Source: Candidatus Limnocylindria bacterium
GTDB taxonomy: Bacteria > Chloroflexota > Limnocylindria > P2-11E
DNA length: 64,000 bases
NCBI GenBank assembly: GCA_035935465.1
Contig: DASYXA010000056.1
Location: 652-64,651, forward strand
Direction: 5' to 3'
Part shown: piece by piece, positions 8,721 through 19,460 of the stretch
Position numbering within the stretch: position 1 is the first letter of the stretch
How the letters are laid out: every line of letters starts with the position of its first letter
Program-made: the position numbers and the translations under genes
The notes under the pieces: generated by a model
What the model was told of the DNA's origin: nothing
The model's input: only the letters and a program-made list of their open reading frames with translations
Database searches by the model: none

Positions 8721-11270
8721 GTGAACGACTTCCGGCTCGCGAAGGACGTGCGCCCGACGCGCTACGCGCTGCAGTTCGACCTGGACCTCGAGCGCTGGAC
8801 CTCGACGGCCACGGGCACGATCGGACTGACGCTCGCGCGGCCGGCACGCCAGATCACCCTCCACAGCGTCGACCTCGCCATCAGGACCGGCGGCGACGTC
8901 GCGAGCGTGACCTATGACGACGAGTCGCAGACCGCGACGCTGACGCTCGCGACGGAGCTCCCAGCCGGCGAGCGCGAGCTGCGGCTCGAGTGGACCGGCG
9001 AGATCGCGGAGAAGCTGCGGGGCCTCTACCGCTCGACGCGGCCCGGTGAACGCTATGCGGTGACCCAATTCGAGGCCGCGGACGCCCGGCGGGCGTTCCC
9101 GTGCTTCGACGAGCCCGAGTTCAAGGCGCGCTTCACGGTCCAGCTGATCCACGACGCCGGGCTCGCGGCGATCTCCAACATGCCGATCGACCGTACCGAG
9201 CAGCTCCCGAACGGCCGGCAGCGGACCGCATTCCGCGAGACGCCGGTGATCTCGTCGTACCTGCTCGCCTTCACGGTCGGCCCGTACGACGCGACACCGA
9301 TGCTCAGGTCGAAGACCGGCGTCGAGTGCCGGGTGTGGCTGCCGAAGGGGACCGCGGAGCAGGCGATCTTCGCGCGCGATTCGCACGCGCGGGCCATCGA
9401 GTGGCTCGAGGCGTACACGAACATCCCCTACCCGTTCGCCCCGAAGGTCGACGCCATCGGCATCCCGGACTTCGAGGCGGGCGCGATGGAGAACCCGGGC
9501 GCGATCACCTACCGGACGACGCTGCTGGCGGCGGATCGGAAGACCGCGTCGACCGCGACGTTCAAGGCGGTGTTCAGCGTCGCGGCCCACGAGCTGACCC
9601 ACATGTGGTGGGGCGACCTCGTGACGATGGCCTGGTGGAACGACCTCTGGCTCAACGAATCGTTCGCCAGCTTCGTCGGCGAGACATGCACGGCCGCCCT
9701 GAATCCCGACTGGCGCTTCGCGCGCGACATCGTGGCGCAGAACACGCCGGCGTTCAACCTGGACTCGCTCCTGTCGACGCACCCGATCTCGATGGCGGCG
9801 ACGAACGTCGACGAGGCGAACGAGCGCTTCGACGCGGTCACGTACCTCAAGGGGCAGGGCGTGCTCCGGATGATCGAGCACTACCTCGGCGCGGACGACT
9901 TCCGCTCCGGCGTGCGGGTCTACCTCGACCGGCACAAGTGGGCGAACGCGACGGCCGGCGACTTCTGGCGGGCGCTCGACCAGGCCTCGGGGCGCGATGT
10001 GACGGGCCTCGCGACCGCGTGGATCACCGAGCCGGGACATCCGCTCGTGACCTGCGGCGTGCGCGAGACGCCCGCCGGGCTCACGGTGGACCTCGCGCAG
10101 GCGCGCTTCTTCGCCGACCCATCCGTGCCGCCGACCGCGCAGGTCTGGCCGGTGCCGCTCGTGTTCCGCTACGGGACGCGCGACGGGACCGTGGAGGAGC
10201 TCCGCCACCTGTTCGAGACGGCGTCGGGCTCGGTCGACCTGCCCGGCGCCACCTGGTACTTCCCGAACGGCGGGGGTGTCGGCTTCTACCGGTACGCGCT
10301 CGACGATCGCTCGATCGCGCTCCTCGCGAAGGAGATCACGAAGCTCGCGCCCGAGGAGCGCCTCTCGCTCCTCGACGGCCAGTGGGCCCTCGCCCGCGCG
10401 AACAAGGCGACCTTGGGCCAGGTGATGGACCTTGTCGCCGCCCTGAAGGGCGAGGACGACCTCTACGTGCTGCGCAGCCTGGCCGAGATCCTCGCGTGGC
10501 TCGACCACAACGTCGTCACGGGCGCGGCCGCGCGTCCGTTCCGCGAGGTGGTGGACGCGACCTTCCGCCCGCAGCTCGAGACGCTGGGCTGGGAGAACCG
10601 CGAGGACGACACGCCCGACGAGCGCGAGAAGCGGCAGCTCGTCATCGGCGCGCTCGGCCATGCGGCCGCGGCGGCCGACGTGCGAGCCGAGGCGACCCGG
10701 CGGATCACCGCGCACCTCGACGGGGTCACCCGCCTCCAGCCCGATGTGGCCGGGCCGATCGCGTCCGTCGCGGCGATCCTCGGGGACACCGCGCTCTTCG
10801 AGCGGTACGTCGCACGGATGAAGGAAGCGCAGAAGAGCGACGCGCAGGAGGAGCACCGCTTCCGGATGGCGCTCACGGACTTCCGCGATCCGGCCATCGT
10901 CACGCGCTTCGCCGGCTCGATCTTCACGGACCTCATCCGCGATCAGGACCGCTCCATCCTCCTGCTTCGGATGCACGGGCTCGCCCACGCGCGAGAGGCC
11001 GCGTTCCGCGCGCTGCGATCGGCCTGGGACGAGTACGTCGCGAAGATGGACCCGAGCGGCAAGCAGCGGTGCGCGAACGCACTCGGTCTGCTGACACCGA
11101 GGACGCTCGTCGATGCGGCGATGGCGTTCCTGAAGGCGAAGCAGACGCCCGACATCAAAGAGACGGTCGCGCAGTCCATCGAGCGCATGCGGATCGGCTC
11201 GGCCAACGCGGCGCGGATGGCCGGGGAGCTTGACGACGCGCTCGGGAGGGTCGCACAGCCCGCCCGGTGA
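8721..11270 (+). CDS. pepN: aminopeptidase N (M1 family gluzincin)
   Basis: HELTHMWWGD...WLNESFA (HEXXH plus E) zinc motif and GAMEN exopeptidase motif (EAGAMENPG), 849 aa. GTG start with GGAGGA upstream. Stop overlaps the next start (GTGA). Confidence 0.85.
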   Translation: MNDFRLAKDVRPTRYALQFDLDLERWTSTATGTIGLTLARPARQITLHSVDLAIRTGGDVASVTYDDESQTATLTLATELPAGERELRLEWTGEIAEKLRGLYRSTRPGERYAVTQFEAADARRAFPCFDEPEFKARFTVQLIHDAGLAAISNMPIDRTEQLPNGRQRTAFRETPVISSYLLAFTVGPYDATPMLRSKTGVECRVWLPKGTAEQAIFARDSHARAIEWLEAYTNIPYPFAPKVDAIGIPDFEAGAMENPGAITYRTTLLAADRKTASTATFKAVFSVAAHELTHMWWGDLVTMAWWNDLWLNESFASFVGETCTAALNPDWRFARDIVAQNTPAFNLDSLLSTHPISMAATNVDEANERFDAVTYLKGQGVLRMIEHYLGADDFRSGVRVYLDRHKWANATAGDFWRALDQASGRDVTGLATAWITEPGHPLVTCGVRETPAGLTVDLAQARFFADPSVPPTAQVWPVPLVFRYGTRDGTVEELRHLFETASGSVDLPGATWYFPNGGGVGFYRYALDDRSIALLAKEITKLAPEERLSLLDGQWALARANKATLGQVMDLVAALKGEDDLYVLRSLAEILAWLDHNVVTGAAARPFREVVDATFRPQLETLGWENREDDTPDEREKRQLVIGALGHAAAAADVRAEATRRITAHLDGVTRLQPDVAGPIASVAAILGDTALFERYVARMKEAQKSDAQEEHRFRMALTDFRDPAIVTRFAGSIFTDLIRDQDRSILLLRMHGLAHAREAAFRALRSAWDEYVAKMDPSGKQRCANALGLLTPRTLVDAAMAFLKAKQTPDIKETVAQSIERMRIGSANAARMAGELDDALGRVAQPAR

Positions 11271-12385
11271 CCAGCCTCTGGCTCGACGGCACGCCGGTCA
11301 CGCCGCGCGCCCCGCTGGACGCCGATCGCGCGGTCGATGCCGCGATCGTCGGCGGCGGCATCGCCGGCGTCGCCACCGCGTACGCGCTCGCGCGGGACGG
11401 CGCGACCGTCGCGGTCCTCGAGCGCGGCGAGCTCGCGGAGGGCGCGAGCGGTCGCAACGCCGGGTTCGTGCTCGGCGGCGTTGCCGAGAACTACGTCGCG
11501 GCGTGCCGCGCGTTCGGCGCGGAGCGGGCGACGCGGGTCTTCCGGTTCACATTCGCGAACCGGGTGCTCCTGCGCTCCGCGATCCGGACGAGCGCGATCG
11601 AATGCGACGTCGCGTGGAACGGATCCGATCAGGTCGCGGGCGACGACGACGAGTGGCGCGAGATCGCCGAGAGCGCCCGCCAGCTCGCCGCGCACGGCGT
11701 GCGGGTACGCCTCGACGCGGCGGAGCGCACGGCCGTGTACGACGAGGACGGGGAGCTCCACCCGGTCCGCTTCGTCCGCGGTCTCGCCGACGCGGCCGAG
11801 CGCCTCGGCGCTCGCATCCATCCGCGGACGGCCGTGGTGTCCTGCACGGCCGCGGCGGTGCGGACCGAGCGGGCGACCGTCCGGGCCGGCGCCGTCGTGC
11901 TCTGCACGAACGCGTACACGCGCCATCTGGCGCCGACGCGCGTCCGACCCGTGCGCGGACAGATCTGCGCGACCGCGCCCCTCGAGCGCCGGGTGTTCCC
12001 GCGTCCGGCCTACGCGCATCGCGGCTACCGCTACTGGCGCCAGCTCCCCGCGGGGAACGTGCTCGTCGGTGGCTGGCGCGACACGGCGGTCGACGCGGAG
12101 ATCGGCGAAGACGACGGCACGAGCGAGCGCATCCAGACGCAGCTCGAGGCATTCCTGCGCCGGCGCGGCGTCGACGCGCCGGTCACGCACCGCTGGGGAG
12201 GCACGATGGGCTTCTCACACGATGGGCTGCCGTACATCGGCAAGGCCACGGACGGGATCTACCGCTGCGGCGGGTTCACCGGGCACGGACAGGGGTACGC
12301 CATGGCGGCGGGCGAGCTCATTGCGGCGCTCGTGCGCACGGGGTCGCACCCCGACGCCGATCTGTTCGATCCGGACCGGCCCTGA
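11267..12385 (+). CDS. FAD-dependent oxidoreductase (DAO/glycine-oxidase-like)
   Basis: N-terminal dinucleotide-binding motif AAIVGGGIAGVATAYALA. DAO-family length and C-terminal HGQGYAMA. Confidence 0.7.
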   Translation: MTSLWLDGTPVTPRAPLDADRAVDAAIVGGGIAGVATAYALARDGATVAVLERGELAEGASGRNAGFVLGGVAENYVAACRAFGAERATRVFRFTFANRVLLRSAIRTSAIECDVAWNGSDQVAGDDDEWREIAESARQLAAHGVRVRLDAAERTAVYDEDGELHPVRFVRGLADAAERLGARIHPRTAVVSCTAAAVRTERATVRAGAVVLCTNAYTRHLAPTRVRPVRGQICATAPLERRVFPRPAYAHRGYRYWRQLPAGNVLVGGWRDTAVDAEIGEDDGTSERIQTQLEAFLRRRGVDAPVTHRWGGTMGFSHDGLPYIGKATDGIYRCGGFTGHGQGYAMAAGELIAALVRTGSHPDADLFDPDRP

Positions 12386-12388
12386 GGA

Positions 12389-13393
12389 CTACCCGCCGAT
12401 GAACGACATCTCGATCTTGCGGAGGCCGGCGGTCTCGCCCGAGCGCTGCTCGGAGTAGCGATCCGCGCGCTCGACCCAGGTCGCTTCGATGGCCGCGCGG
12501 ATGTCGTCGTCGGACGCGCCGCCGCGGACCAGGCCGCGGAGGTCGCGCCCGGTCGTCGCGAAGAGGCAGGTGTACAGGCCGCCATCGGCCGAAAGCCGGG
12601 CGCGCGTGCAGTCGGCGCAGAACGGCTGGGTGACCGAGGCGATGACGCCGACCTCACCCGACCCGTCGGCGTAGCGCCAGCGCTCGGCGACCTCGCCCGG
12701 GTAGTTCGCTTCAGCCGGAAGGAGCGGGAGCTCGGCATCGATCGTGCGCACGATCTCCCGCGCCGATACGACATCCTCGAGCCGCCAGCCGTTCGTGTGG
12801 CCGACGTCCATGTACTCGATGAACCGGAGGATGTGGCCCCGCTCGCGGAAATAGCGGGCCATCGGGAGGATGCTCCCCTCGTTCAGCCCGCGGCGGACGA
12901 CCATGTTGATCTTCACCGGCTCGAGGCCCGCGGCCACGGCCGCGTCGATCCCCTCGAGGACGCGCGCGACCGGGAACTCGACGTCGTTCATGCACTTGAA
13001 GACGGCGTCGTCGAGCGAGTCCAGGCTCACGGTGACGCGCTTCAGGCCTGCGGCCGCGAGCGCCGTCGCCTGCTCGGCCAGCAGGGAGCCGTTCGTCGTG
13101 AGCGTGAGGTCGACGTCCGGGATCTCCGCCAGCATGCGGATGAGCCCGTCGAGCCCGCGGCGCATGAGCGGCTCCCCGCCGGTGAGCCGGATCTTCCTCG
13201 TCCCGAGGCCCGCGAAGACCGCCGCGAGGCGCGCGAGCTCCTCGAACGTCAGGAGCTGGTCCTTCGGCAGGAACCGGTAGCCCTTGCCGTAGATCTCCTT
13301 GGGCATGCAGTACACGCAGCGGAAGTTGCACCGGTCGGTGACCGAGATCCGGAGGTCGTGGAGCGGCCGGGCGAGCGTGTCGAGGAGCGGCAT
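12389..13393 (-). CDS. moaA: GTP 3',8-cyclase MoaA (molybdenum cofactor biosynthesis, radical SAM)
   Basis: CNFRCVYC radical-SAM cluster motif, TGGEP, C-terminal second cluster Cys residues (CADC...C). Confidence 0.9.
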   Translation of the reverse strand: MPLLDTLARPLHDLRISVTDRCNFRCVYCMPKEIYGKGYRFLPKDQLLTFEELARLAAVFAGLGTRKIRLTGGEPLMRRGLDGLIRMLAEIPDVDLTLTTNGSLLAEQATALAAAGLKRVTVSLDSLDDAVFKCMNDVEFPVARVLEGIDAAVAAGLEPVKINMVVRRGLNEGSILPMARYFRERGHILRFIEYMDVGHTNGWRLEDVVSAREIVRTIDAELPLLPAEANYPGEVAERWRYADGSGEVGVIASVTQPFCADCTRARLSADGGLYTCLFATTGRDLRGLVRGGASDDDIRAAIEATWVERADRYSEQRSGETAGLRKIEMSFIGG

Positions 13394-13441
13394 CCGGGAA
13401 AAGTATGAGGCCGGTGGGCCGGGCCGACCGGGATCGAGCGT

Positions 13442-13475
13442 GACGGGGGGACCACCGCGTGGTGGTCCCCCCGTC
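13442..13475 (-). terminator. perfect 15-bp GC-rich inverted repeat with 4-nt loop, downstream of the 13495..15603 gene
   Basis: gacggggggaccacc-gcgt-ggtggtccccccgtc read directly. No clear U-tract (common in high-GC genomes). Confidence 0.45.
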
Positions 13476-13494
13476 GTCGCGATGCGCGATCGGG

Positions 13495-15603
13495 CTACGG
13501 CGTCAGCTTGCTGATCCGCGTCGACCAGTTGCCGAGCGCGGTACGCGGTCCGGCCGCCCCGGCCGACGGGGCGCAGGTGCCGAGCTTGTTGTCGCCGCTG
13601 GCGGCGCCGAAGAACCGGCCGCCCCAGGTGGCGTAGTCGCAGGAGCCCGCGATGTACTCGCTCGCGATCCAGATCGAGCTCCCGTCGACGGCGGCTGCGC
13701 CGTAGTCACCCCACCGCGTGCGCGGCGGGTTGCCGACGAACGACTTGTAGCTCGTGAATCCATCGCTGGTCGTGGCTCCGGAGGCGATCACATGAACGTC
13801 GCCGGCGCCTGTCCGCGCGTCGATCGCGGCGTACGCCGCGCTCGGATAGCTGGTGTCACCCACGAGCGTGAGGGCCATCACTCCCTTTCCGCTCGCGGTC
13901 ACGCCGATCGCCGGATAGATCAGGTCGGTGTGGTCCATGCCGAGGATGCCTTGGAGCGCGATCCGCGGGGCGAGCGGTCCAGCGGAGCTGCGGTCGTCTT
14001 CGCGCCCGCCCCGCTGGTCGCCCTTGGGATCCACGACGTACCACGCGACGCCGGCGCGGTTGCCATCGGCGACCGTGACGGCGGTGTCCAGGGAGCCCCA
14101 GAGCTTCCCGTTCGCGTAGCTGACCTGCTGCATGCGGGTGTCGTTCGAGTCGAGCTTGGCGATGACCTCGTTGTGCGCGGGCTCCGCTCCGAAGAGCAGC
14201 CGCCAGCAGCCGGTGCCGGCGATCGTCGGGGTGGTCGTGTCGTTGATGCAGCGGCCCAGGGGGGTCTGCGTCGTGGGGGCCGTGCCGGAACCGGGCTGCC
14301 GGGCCTTGGGCGCGATGGCGTACCGGCTCACCGGCAGGAGCTGGTTGGCGAGCGCGAGGTTCGGCGTCGGGCCGTTGAGCGACCGCGTGTTCGTCAAGGC
14401 CCAGACGACGATCTGGTTCCCGACGTACGTGCCGCCGAAGCCGGCGACCGGGTGCGTCGCCTCGTCGGCGGCATTCGAGCTGAGGAAGTATTCGGTCCCG
14501 TTGTCGTTGCGGTCGAACGACCCCGCCCCCGGCGACTGCGCCGGCCAGACCGTGAAGCCGGGCTGGGTCGAGCCCGCGTCGCTCGGCGCCCGGACCGCGC
14601 CGAAGGTGTCGATGTGCTGCATCGTGATGGTCGCGTCGCCCGCGGCGAGCTGCGCCTTGGACAGCGCGTAGATCTGGGCGCCGTTGAATCCGAAGCCGTT
14701 CCAGGGATACGCGTTCGTGGTCAGGTAGATGCCGTATGCGTCGGCGCCGATGTGCGGATAGTCACCGAGGCACGGGCATGCGTTCGCGGGATCGGGGTTC
14801 GTGCCGTCATTCGTCACGTCGATGCGGTAGATGTTCCAGAGGCCCGTCGGGTCCGGCGTCTTGCTGACCGCGAGGTCCAGGTGGTTGACCGTGGTGAACC
14901 CGCCGGTGGCCGGATCCGTCTCGAGGGTCAGCACGACGAGGAAGAACCGCCGCGTCGCGGCGTCGTAGAGGCACGTCGGGTCGGTCACGAACTGACCGCG
15001 CAGCCCGGTGGTGCGGTCGATCGCCGCCGGATAGCCGTAGAACGAGTTGAGGTCGACGGCGTGGTTCACGTCGGTCGGGTGCCCGGACACGACGTTCCCG
15101 CTCGTATTGTCCGGCAGCACCGAGACCCCGGACTGGTCGAAGATGTTCAGGACGTCGTTCACGGCCGCGACGACGTGGCCGTTCCCGACGCAGAGGGCCT
15201 GATCCGGCGGCTCCACCGTGAACTGGTTCCCGCGGCGGGCGTAGCGCTGCTGGAACAGGTCGAGGCCGTCGAAGCTGGTCCGCACCTGTGGGTTGGACTT
15301 CGCCCCCTTGGCGTGGGTCGTGTTGCCGTTGTCGGACTCCTGGCCCGAATTCGTGACCTTGCGCGAGAACGACGGGTTGATCACACCGGTGAACTCCGGG
15401 GCGGCTCCCGCGTTCTCGATCGCCGGATACTCGGGCCCCAGGCCGTCGCCGGCCGGCGCCGGGCCGGTCAGCGGGGACCCGGTCCCCGCGAGCGCGACCT
15501 GGCGCGCGCCGCCCGGGTCCGCGGCGGCGGGGGCTGCGCCGAGACCGACGATGAGCGAGGCAAGCAACGCGACGGCGGTGAGATGCGCGGTGAATCGTTT
15601 CAC
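13495..15603 (-). CDS. secreted hypothetical protein (Sec signal peptide), 702 aa
   Basis: [28 protein letters not shown] signal. GTG start preceded by GGGAGGG. No recognisable catalytic motif. Confidence 0.6.
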   Translation of the reverse strand: MKRFTAHLTAVALLASLIVGLGAAPAAADPGGARQVALAGTGSPLTGPAPAGDGLGPEYPAIENAGAAPEFTGVINPSFSRKVTNSGQESDNGNTTHAKGAKSNPQVRTSFDGLDLFQQRYARRGNQFTVEPPDQALCVGNGHVVAAVNDVLNIFDQSGVSVLPDNTSGNVVSGHPTDVNHAVDLNSFYGYPAAIDRTTGLRGQFVTDPTCLYDAATRRFFLVVLTLETDPATGGFTTVNHLDLAVSKTPDPTGLWNIYRIDVTNDGTNPDPANACPCLGDYPHIGADAYGIYLTTNAYPWNGFGFNGAQIYALSKAQLAAGDATITMQHIDTFGAVRAPSDAGSTQPGFTVWPAQSPGAGSFDRNDNGTEYFLSSNAADEATHPVAGFGGTYVGNQIVVWALTNTRSLNGPTPNLALANQLLPVSRYAIAPKARQPGSGTAPTTQTPLGRCINDTTTPTIAGTGCWRLLFGAEPAHNEVIAKLDSNDTRMQQVSYANGKLWGSLDTAVTVADGNRAGVAWYVVDPKGDQRGGREDDRSSAGPLAPRIALQGILGMDHTDLIYPAIGVTASGKGVMALTLVGDTSYPSAAYAAIDARTGAGDVHVIASGATTSDGFTSYKSFVGNPPRTRWGDYGAAAVDGSSIWIASEYIAGSCDYATWGGRFFGAASGDNKLGTCAPSAGAAGPRTALGNWSTRISKLTP

Positions 15604-15702
15604 GGTCGTTCCCTCCCAGTGGGTCCTGCGGGACGCCCGAACGGACGAGACCGCTGACCGACGGGGGGCAGCATAGGGATGGCTCGCCCGAGCGGCTAGG
15701 AG

Positions 15703-15951
15703 TCAGCCGGCCAGGCGCGCCGTGACGGCCCGCTTCACCAATTCTGGACTCGGGAACCCACCGTCACGGGCCATGGAGTGGACGACCTCGTCCCCGACGC
15801 GCACGTCGAAGGTGCCGTCGACGAACGGGACGAGCTCGATCGCCGAGAGCTTCTCGCGGAACTCGATCATCAGCGCGCGCGCGAGATCGGCGGCGGCGTC
15901 CTCGTAGCCGCACTCCGCGCAATACGTGATCCGGACCCGGACCGCGGTCAC
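15703..15951 (-). CDS. Rdx/SelW-like small redox protein (Cys-containing CxxC form)
   Basis: 82 aa with an N-terminal ITYCAECGY redox motif typical of the Rdx (SelW/SelT) fold. Translationally coupled to the upstream thioredoxin-like gene. Confidence 0.65.
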   Translation of the reverse strand: MTAVRVRITYCAECGYEDAAADLARALMIEFREKLSAIELVPFVDGTFDVRVGDEVVHSMARDGGFPSPELVKRAVTARLAG

Positions 15952-16556
15952 GCCGCGGCGGGCGAGCGCTCGGCGATCTCGCGCAGCGCCCGCACCACTT
16001 CACGGTTCGCCCAGGCGACGTCCGCGTCGCGCCGCCGCGTGATCTCCGCGGTGAGCTGCGCGCGGACGTCCTCGGGGAGCGCGTCCAGCGACGAGCCGTA
16101 CGCCCCGAACTCGGGGTGCTCGGCGTGGATCTGCTTGCGCTGCTCGGCGCGGCGCTCGGTGACGCTCGCTGGGCGCTCGATGAACACGCCGAGCTCGTTG
16201 AACCGATCGTCGAAGAACGCGAACACCGGGATGGACTCGTACTTCCCCTGGTTCAGGTAGCGCCGCATGAGGTCGGTGTTCTGGTCGCGCAGGAAGATGC
16301 GCAGGTCCAGGGACCCGCTCTCGCGCGCGAGCTTCCCGATGACCGGAAGGTTGGCGATGACGTCGCCGCACCAGTCCTCGGCGAGGGCGAGCACGTGGAT
16401 CGGGCCCTTCAGCGCGCGGAAGGCCTCGAGGTCCTCGCGGTCGATCTCGACCCGGGCTTCGTTCGCCTCGACCCGGTCGCGGTTCCGGGTCATCTGCTCT
16501 TTGTACTGGTCGTAGGTCAGGCCGGTCGCGAAACGCGTGCGGTCGATGGTCGTCAT
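15948..16556 (-). CDS. thioredoxin-family protein
   Basis: WCGDV motif (thioredoxin-like CxxC variant with one Cys). 202 aa. GGAGGG RBS. Confidence 0.6.
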   Translation of the reverse strand: MTTIDRTRFATGLTYDQYKEQMTRNRDRVEANEARVEIDREDLEAFRALKGPIHVLALAEDWCGDVIANLPVIGKLARESGSLDLRIFLRDQNTDLMRRYLNQGKYESIPVFAFFDDRFNELGVFIERPASVTERRAEQRKQIHAEHPEFGAYGSSLDALPEDVRAQLTAEITRRRDADVAWANREVVRALREIAERSPAAA

Positions 16557-16818
16557 GTCGCCCTCCTAGACCATTGAACACGCGTGGCACGCCCGGTGCT
16601 TCCCGTCCAGCCACGGCCCGCTCGCCAGCCGACCCGATCGGTGACACGAAGGCCGCCGGCCCGCGCTACGTCGCGGTCCCGCGGTCATCGTCGCGTTCCT
16701 CGACGGCTCGCTGCCCGGGGCCATGCGCCGGCGCCGGCCGGGTCGGCCTCGCGCCGGATGAGCAGCGCGTCCTTGGCATGCTCCGCCCGCGCACCGAGCG
16801 CCGTGCGCGCCGGGCGGC

Positions 16819-17463
16819 TTAGCGCTCGACCGCGGCGATCGCATCCGGCAGGTCGGCGATCCGCGCGATCTGGAGGTCCGGCCCGGGGTCGCCGGGCTCG
16901 ACGCGCTCCCCTGCGTACCGGCCCTGGAGCACGTGCACGGTGAACGCGCCGGGCAGCTGCCGCTCGATCCGCCCGAGGATCCGGGCCTTGTCGTCGACGA
17001 AGACCGGACGCCCGCCGGAGAACCGGCCCAGCGCCTCGGCGAGCCGCTGCTCCTTGTGCACGTAGATCAGCACGTTGCCCCGCACCGCCGCGGCGAGCCC
17101 CGCGCGCTCGATCTTGCGCGGCTGGAACACGGGATCGCCGTCGCTCAGGATCACGGGCGTCCACTGGCCCCAGAGCCGCTCGATCATGTCGAGAGCCTCG
17201 GGGTAGAGGAAGTCCCGGTACGGGAGCGTGTCGATGATCCGGGCGACGGCCACCGCGTCCGACGGCCGGTCGGCTCCGAGCCGCGCAACCGTCTCCGGGA
17301 GATCGACGTAGTCCTCCGCCGCGCGCACGATCTCGTAGAGGTCCCAGAACCGTCGCGCTGCCTCGGGCGGGATGGCCGCCGCGATCCGCGACTCGAGAGC
17401 GGCCTTGGCCGCGTCGTTGTCGAGCAGCGTGTTGTCGACGTCGAGGAACACCGGCCGGGTCAC
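16819..17463 (-). CDS. HAD-family hydrolase
   Basis: DVDNTLLD motif I, SDGD, and a late K/D motif. GTG at 17461-17463 is chosen as start (VTRPVFLDVDNTLL). The longer ORF to 17598 overlaps the divergent gene. Confidence 0.7.
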   Translation of the reverse strand: MTRPVFLDVDNTLLDNDAAKAALESRIAAAIPPEAARRFWDLYEIVRAAEDYVDLPETVARLGADRPSDAVAVARIIDTLPYRDFLYPEALDMIERLWGQWTPVILSDGDPVFQPRKIERAGLAAAVRGNVLIYVHKEQRLAEALGRFSGGRPVFVDDKARILGRIERQLPGAFTVHVLQGRYAGERVEPGDPGPDLQIARIADLPDAIAAVER

Positions 17464-17488
17464 CGCGAGAGTATCGAGCGCGACAGAC

Positions 17489-18523
17489 GTGCGTGGGTCG
17501 CTCCGTACACTCGCGAACGTGCCCGCCGAGACCGCGTTCGCGCGTACGCCGCTGCGCGGCGCCGGCTTGACCTTCCGCCCGGCGACGCTCGACGACATTC
17601 CATGGACCGCGGCGTTCCAGACGGCGCGCGAGCCGAGCGAGCCCGCGAACGAGGCCCAGCTGCGCCACCGGTGGCGGTCGGCGGATCCCGAGCGCGTCGA
17701 TGACCGCTGGATCGTCGAGGAGGCCGGCGCGCCGGTCGGCTACGCGTACTTCGGGCATCCGGCCTGGGAGAAGGCGCCGATGCGCGCGGCGCGGGTGCTC
17801 GCCTGGTTCGCGGACGGTCCGGCACGGCCCGAGCGCATGGGGCGCGCGTTCGACGCGCTCGAGCCCTACGCCGTCTCCGATGGGACCGCGATCTTCATGG
17901 CGGGCACGCGCGAAGACCTCGACGACGAGTACCGGGCCCTCGTCGCGCGCGGCTACACGGAGGAGCGGCGGAGCAAGAGCTGGGAGCTCGATCTCCCCGC
18001 ACGCCGCGACGCGATCGCGGCCATGACGGCGGCCTCACGGCAGCGCATGCGCGACGAAGCGATCGAGATCACGACGATCGACCAGATCAGCGATCCGGAC
18101 AAGTGGCGGAAGCTGCATGCACTGTGCGAGGCATCGATCCAGGACATCCCGACCACGGTGCCGCACCCGCCCGAGAGCTTCGAGAGCTTCATGCAGTGGA
18201 TGAGCTCCCCGGGGATGCACGCGGATCGCCTGTGGGTCGCGCGCGAGGGAAGCGCCGTCGTCGGGATGTCGGTCCTGGACTACCCACCGGGCGTCGGCAA
18301 CGTCTGGACGGATTACACCGGGACCACGCGGCCGGTGCGCGGCCGCGGGATCGCGCGCGCGCTCAAGTGCGAGACCGTGATGCAGGCGATCGCGCTCGGC
18401 GTGACGCACGTGCGTACGAACAACGACGGCGAGAACAAGCCGATCCTCCACCTCAACGAGGAGATGGGCTATCACCGGATCCCGGGATACATCCAGCTGC
18501 TGAAGGCCGCGCCCGCGCGTTAG
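17489..18523 (+). CDS. GNAT-family N-acetyltransferase
   Basis: C-terminal acetyl-CoA-binding block RGRGIARALKCETVMQAIALGVTHVRTNNDGENKPILHLNEEMGY. Start uncertain (GTG 17489 or 17519, or a downstream TTG). Confidence 0.55.
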   Translation: MRGSLRTLANVPAETAFARTPLRGAGLTFRPATLDDIPWTAAFQTAREPSEPANEAQLRHRWRSADPERVDDRWIVEEAGAPVGYAYFGHPAWEKAPMRAARVLAWFADGPARPERMGRAFDALEPYAVSDGTAIFMAGTREDLDDEYRALVARGYTEERRSKSWELDLPARRDAIAAMTAASRQRMRDEAIEITTIDQISDPDKWRKLHALCEASIQDIPTTVPHPPESFESFMQWMSSPGMHADRLWVAREGSAVVGMSVLDYPPGVGNVWTDYTGTTRPVRGRGIARALKCETVMQAIALGVTHVRTNNDGENKPILHLNEEMGYHRIPGYIQLLKAAPAR

Positions 18524-19455
18524 CGGACCGACACCGACTCCGCTTCGCGCAGCACGACGAACCGCTCGAGCCGCTCGCCCCGCCGCACGACGATCACCGG
18601 TACCGCGCGACCGATGCGCTCGTCGGTGAGGACGCCCTGGAGCCGCGACAGCGTCGGGACCGGCTCGCCATCGACGGCGACGATCACATCGCCGGCCTTC
18701 AGGCCACCGAGGTCGGCCGGCGATGCCGAGGTCACCTCGACCACCCGGATCCCGGCGAGCGGAACGCCGAGCGAGCTCGCGAGCCCGCGTCCGAGCGGTG
18801 TCGGTGCGCCCGCGATCCCGAGCATCGCGCGGCGGATGCGGCCATCGCGGATGAGCGCGCCGGCCACGCGCCTGCCCGTCGCCGCCGGGATCGCGAAGCA
18901 GATCCCCTGCGCGTTCGGGATGATCGCGGTATTCACGCCGACGACGCGCGCGCGCGTATCGACGAGCGGCCCGCCCGAGTTCCCCGGGTTGAGCGCGGCG
19001 TCGGTCTGGATGATGTTCTCGATCAGCCGGCCGTCCTTCGCGTGGAGCGATCGGCCGAGGGCGCTCACCACCCCGGTCGTGACGGTCGACTGGAAGCCGA
19101 GCGGATCGCCGATCGCGATGACCAGCTGTCCGACGCGGAGGGCGTCGGAATCCCCGAGCGCCGCGGCAGGGAGCGTCGACGCGTTCAGCGCACGGATGAC
19201 GGCGAGGTCGGTGCTCGGGTCCGCCCCGACGACGGCTGCGGCCAGCTCGGTGCCGTCGTGCAGCGTGATCCGGGGCGCGTGGCCGCCCTCGACGACGTGC
19301 GCGTTGGTGAGGATGAAGCCGTCCGGCGCGATGACGAAGCCGCTGGCACCGCCGTGACCGGACGTGACGTGGACGACCGAGGCCCCGACGCGCTCGACGA
19401 CCGAGATGACCGCCGCCGAGAACGCGTCGAGGACCTCCGGCCCGGTCTCGATCAT
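18520..19455 (-). CDS. trypsin-like serine protease with PDZ domain (HtrA/S1C family), apparently without signal peptide
   Basis: TNAHVV (His), D, GNSGGPL (Ser) catalytic triad blocks plus a C-terminal PDZ (GLKAGDVIVAVDG). ATG at 19453-19455 (MIETGPEVLD). Confidence 0.8.
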   Translation of the reverse strand: MIETGPEVLDAFSAAVISVVERVGASVVHVTSGHGGASGFVIAPDGFILTNAHVVEGGHAPRITLHDGTELAAAVVGADPSTDLAVIRALNASTLPAAALGDSDALRVGQLVIAIGDPLGFQSTVTTGVVSALGRSLHAKDGRLIENIIQTDAALNPGNSGGPLVDTRARVVGVNTAIIPNAQGICFAIPAATGRRVAGALIRDGRIRRAMLGIAGAPTPLGRGLASSLGVPLAGIRVVEVTSASPADLGGLKAGDVIVAVDGEPVPTLSRLQGVLTDERIGRAVPVIVVRRGERLERFVVLREAESVSVR

Positions 19456-19460
19456 CGTGG

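Noticed and set aside
16685-17758. 357-aa minus-strand ORF spanning the HAD/GNAT intergenic region
   Set aside because: It is out of frame with the HAD motifs, and the composition is Arg/Ala/Pro-rich.
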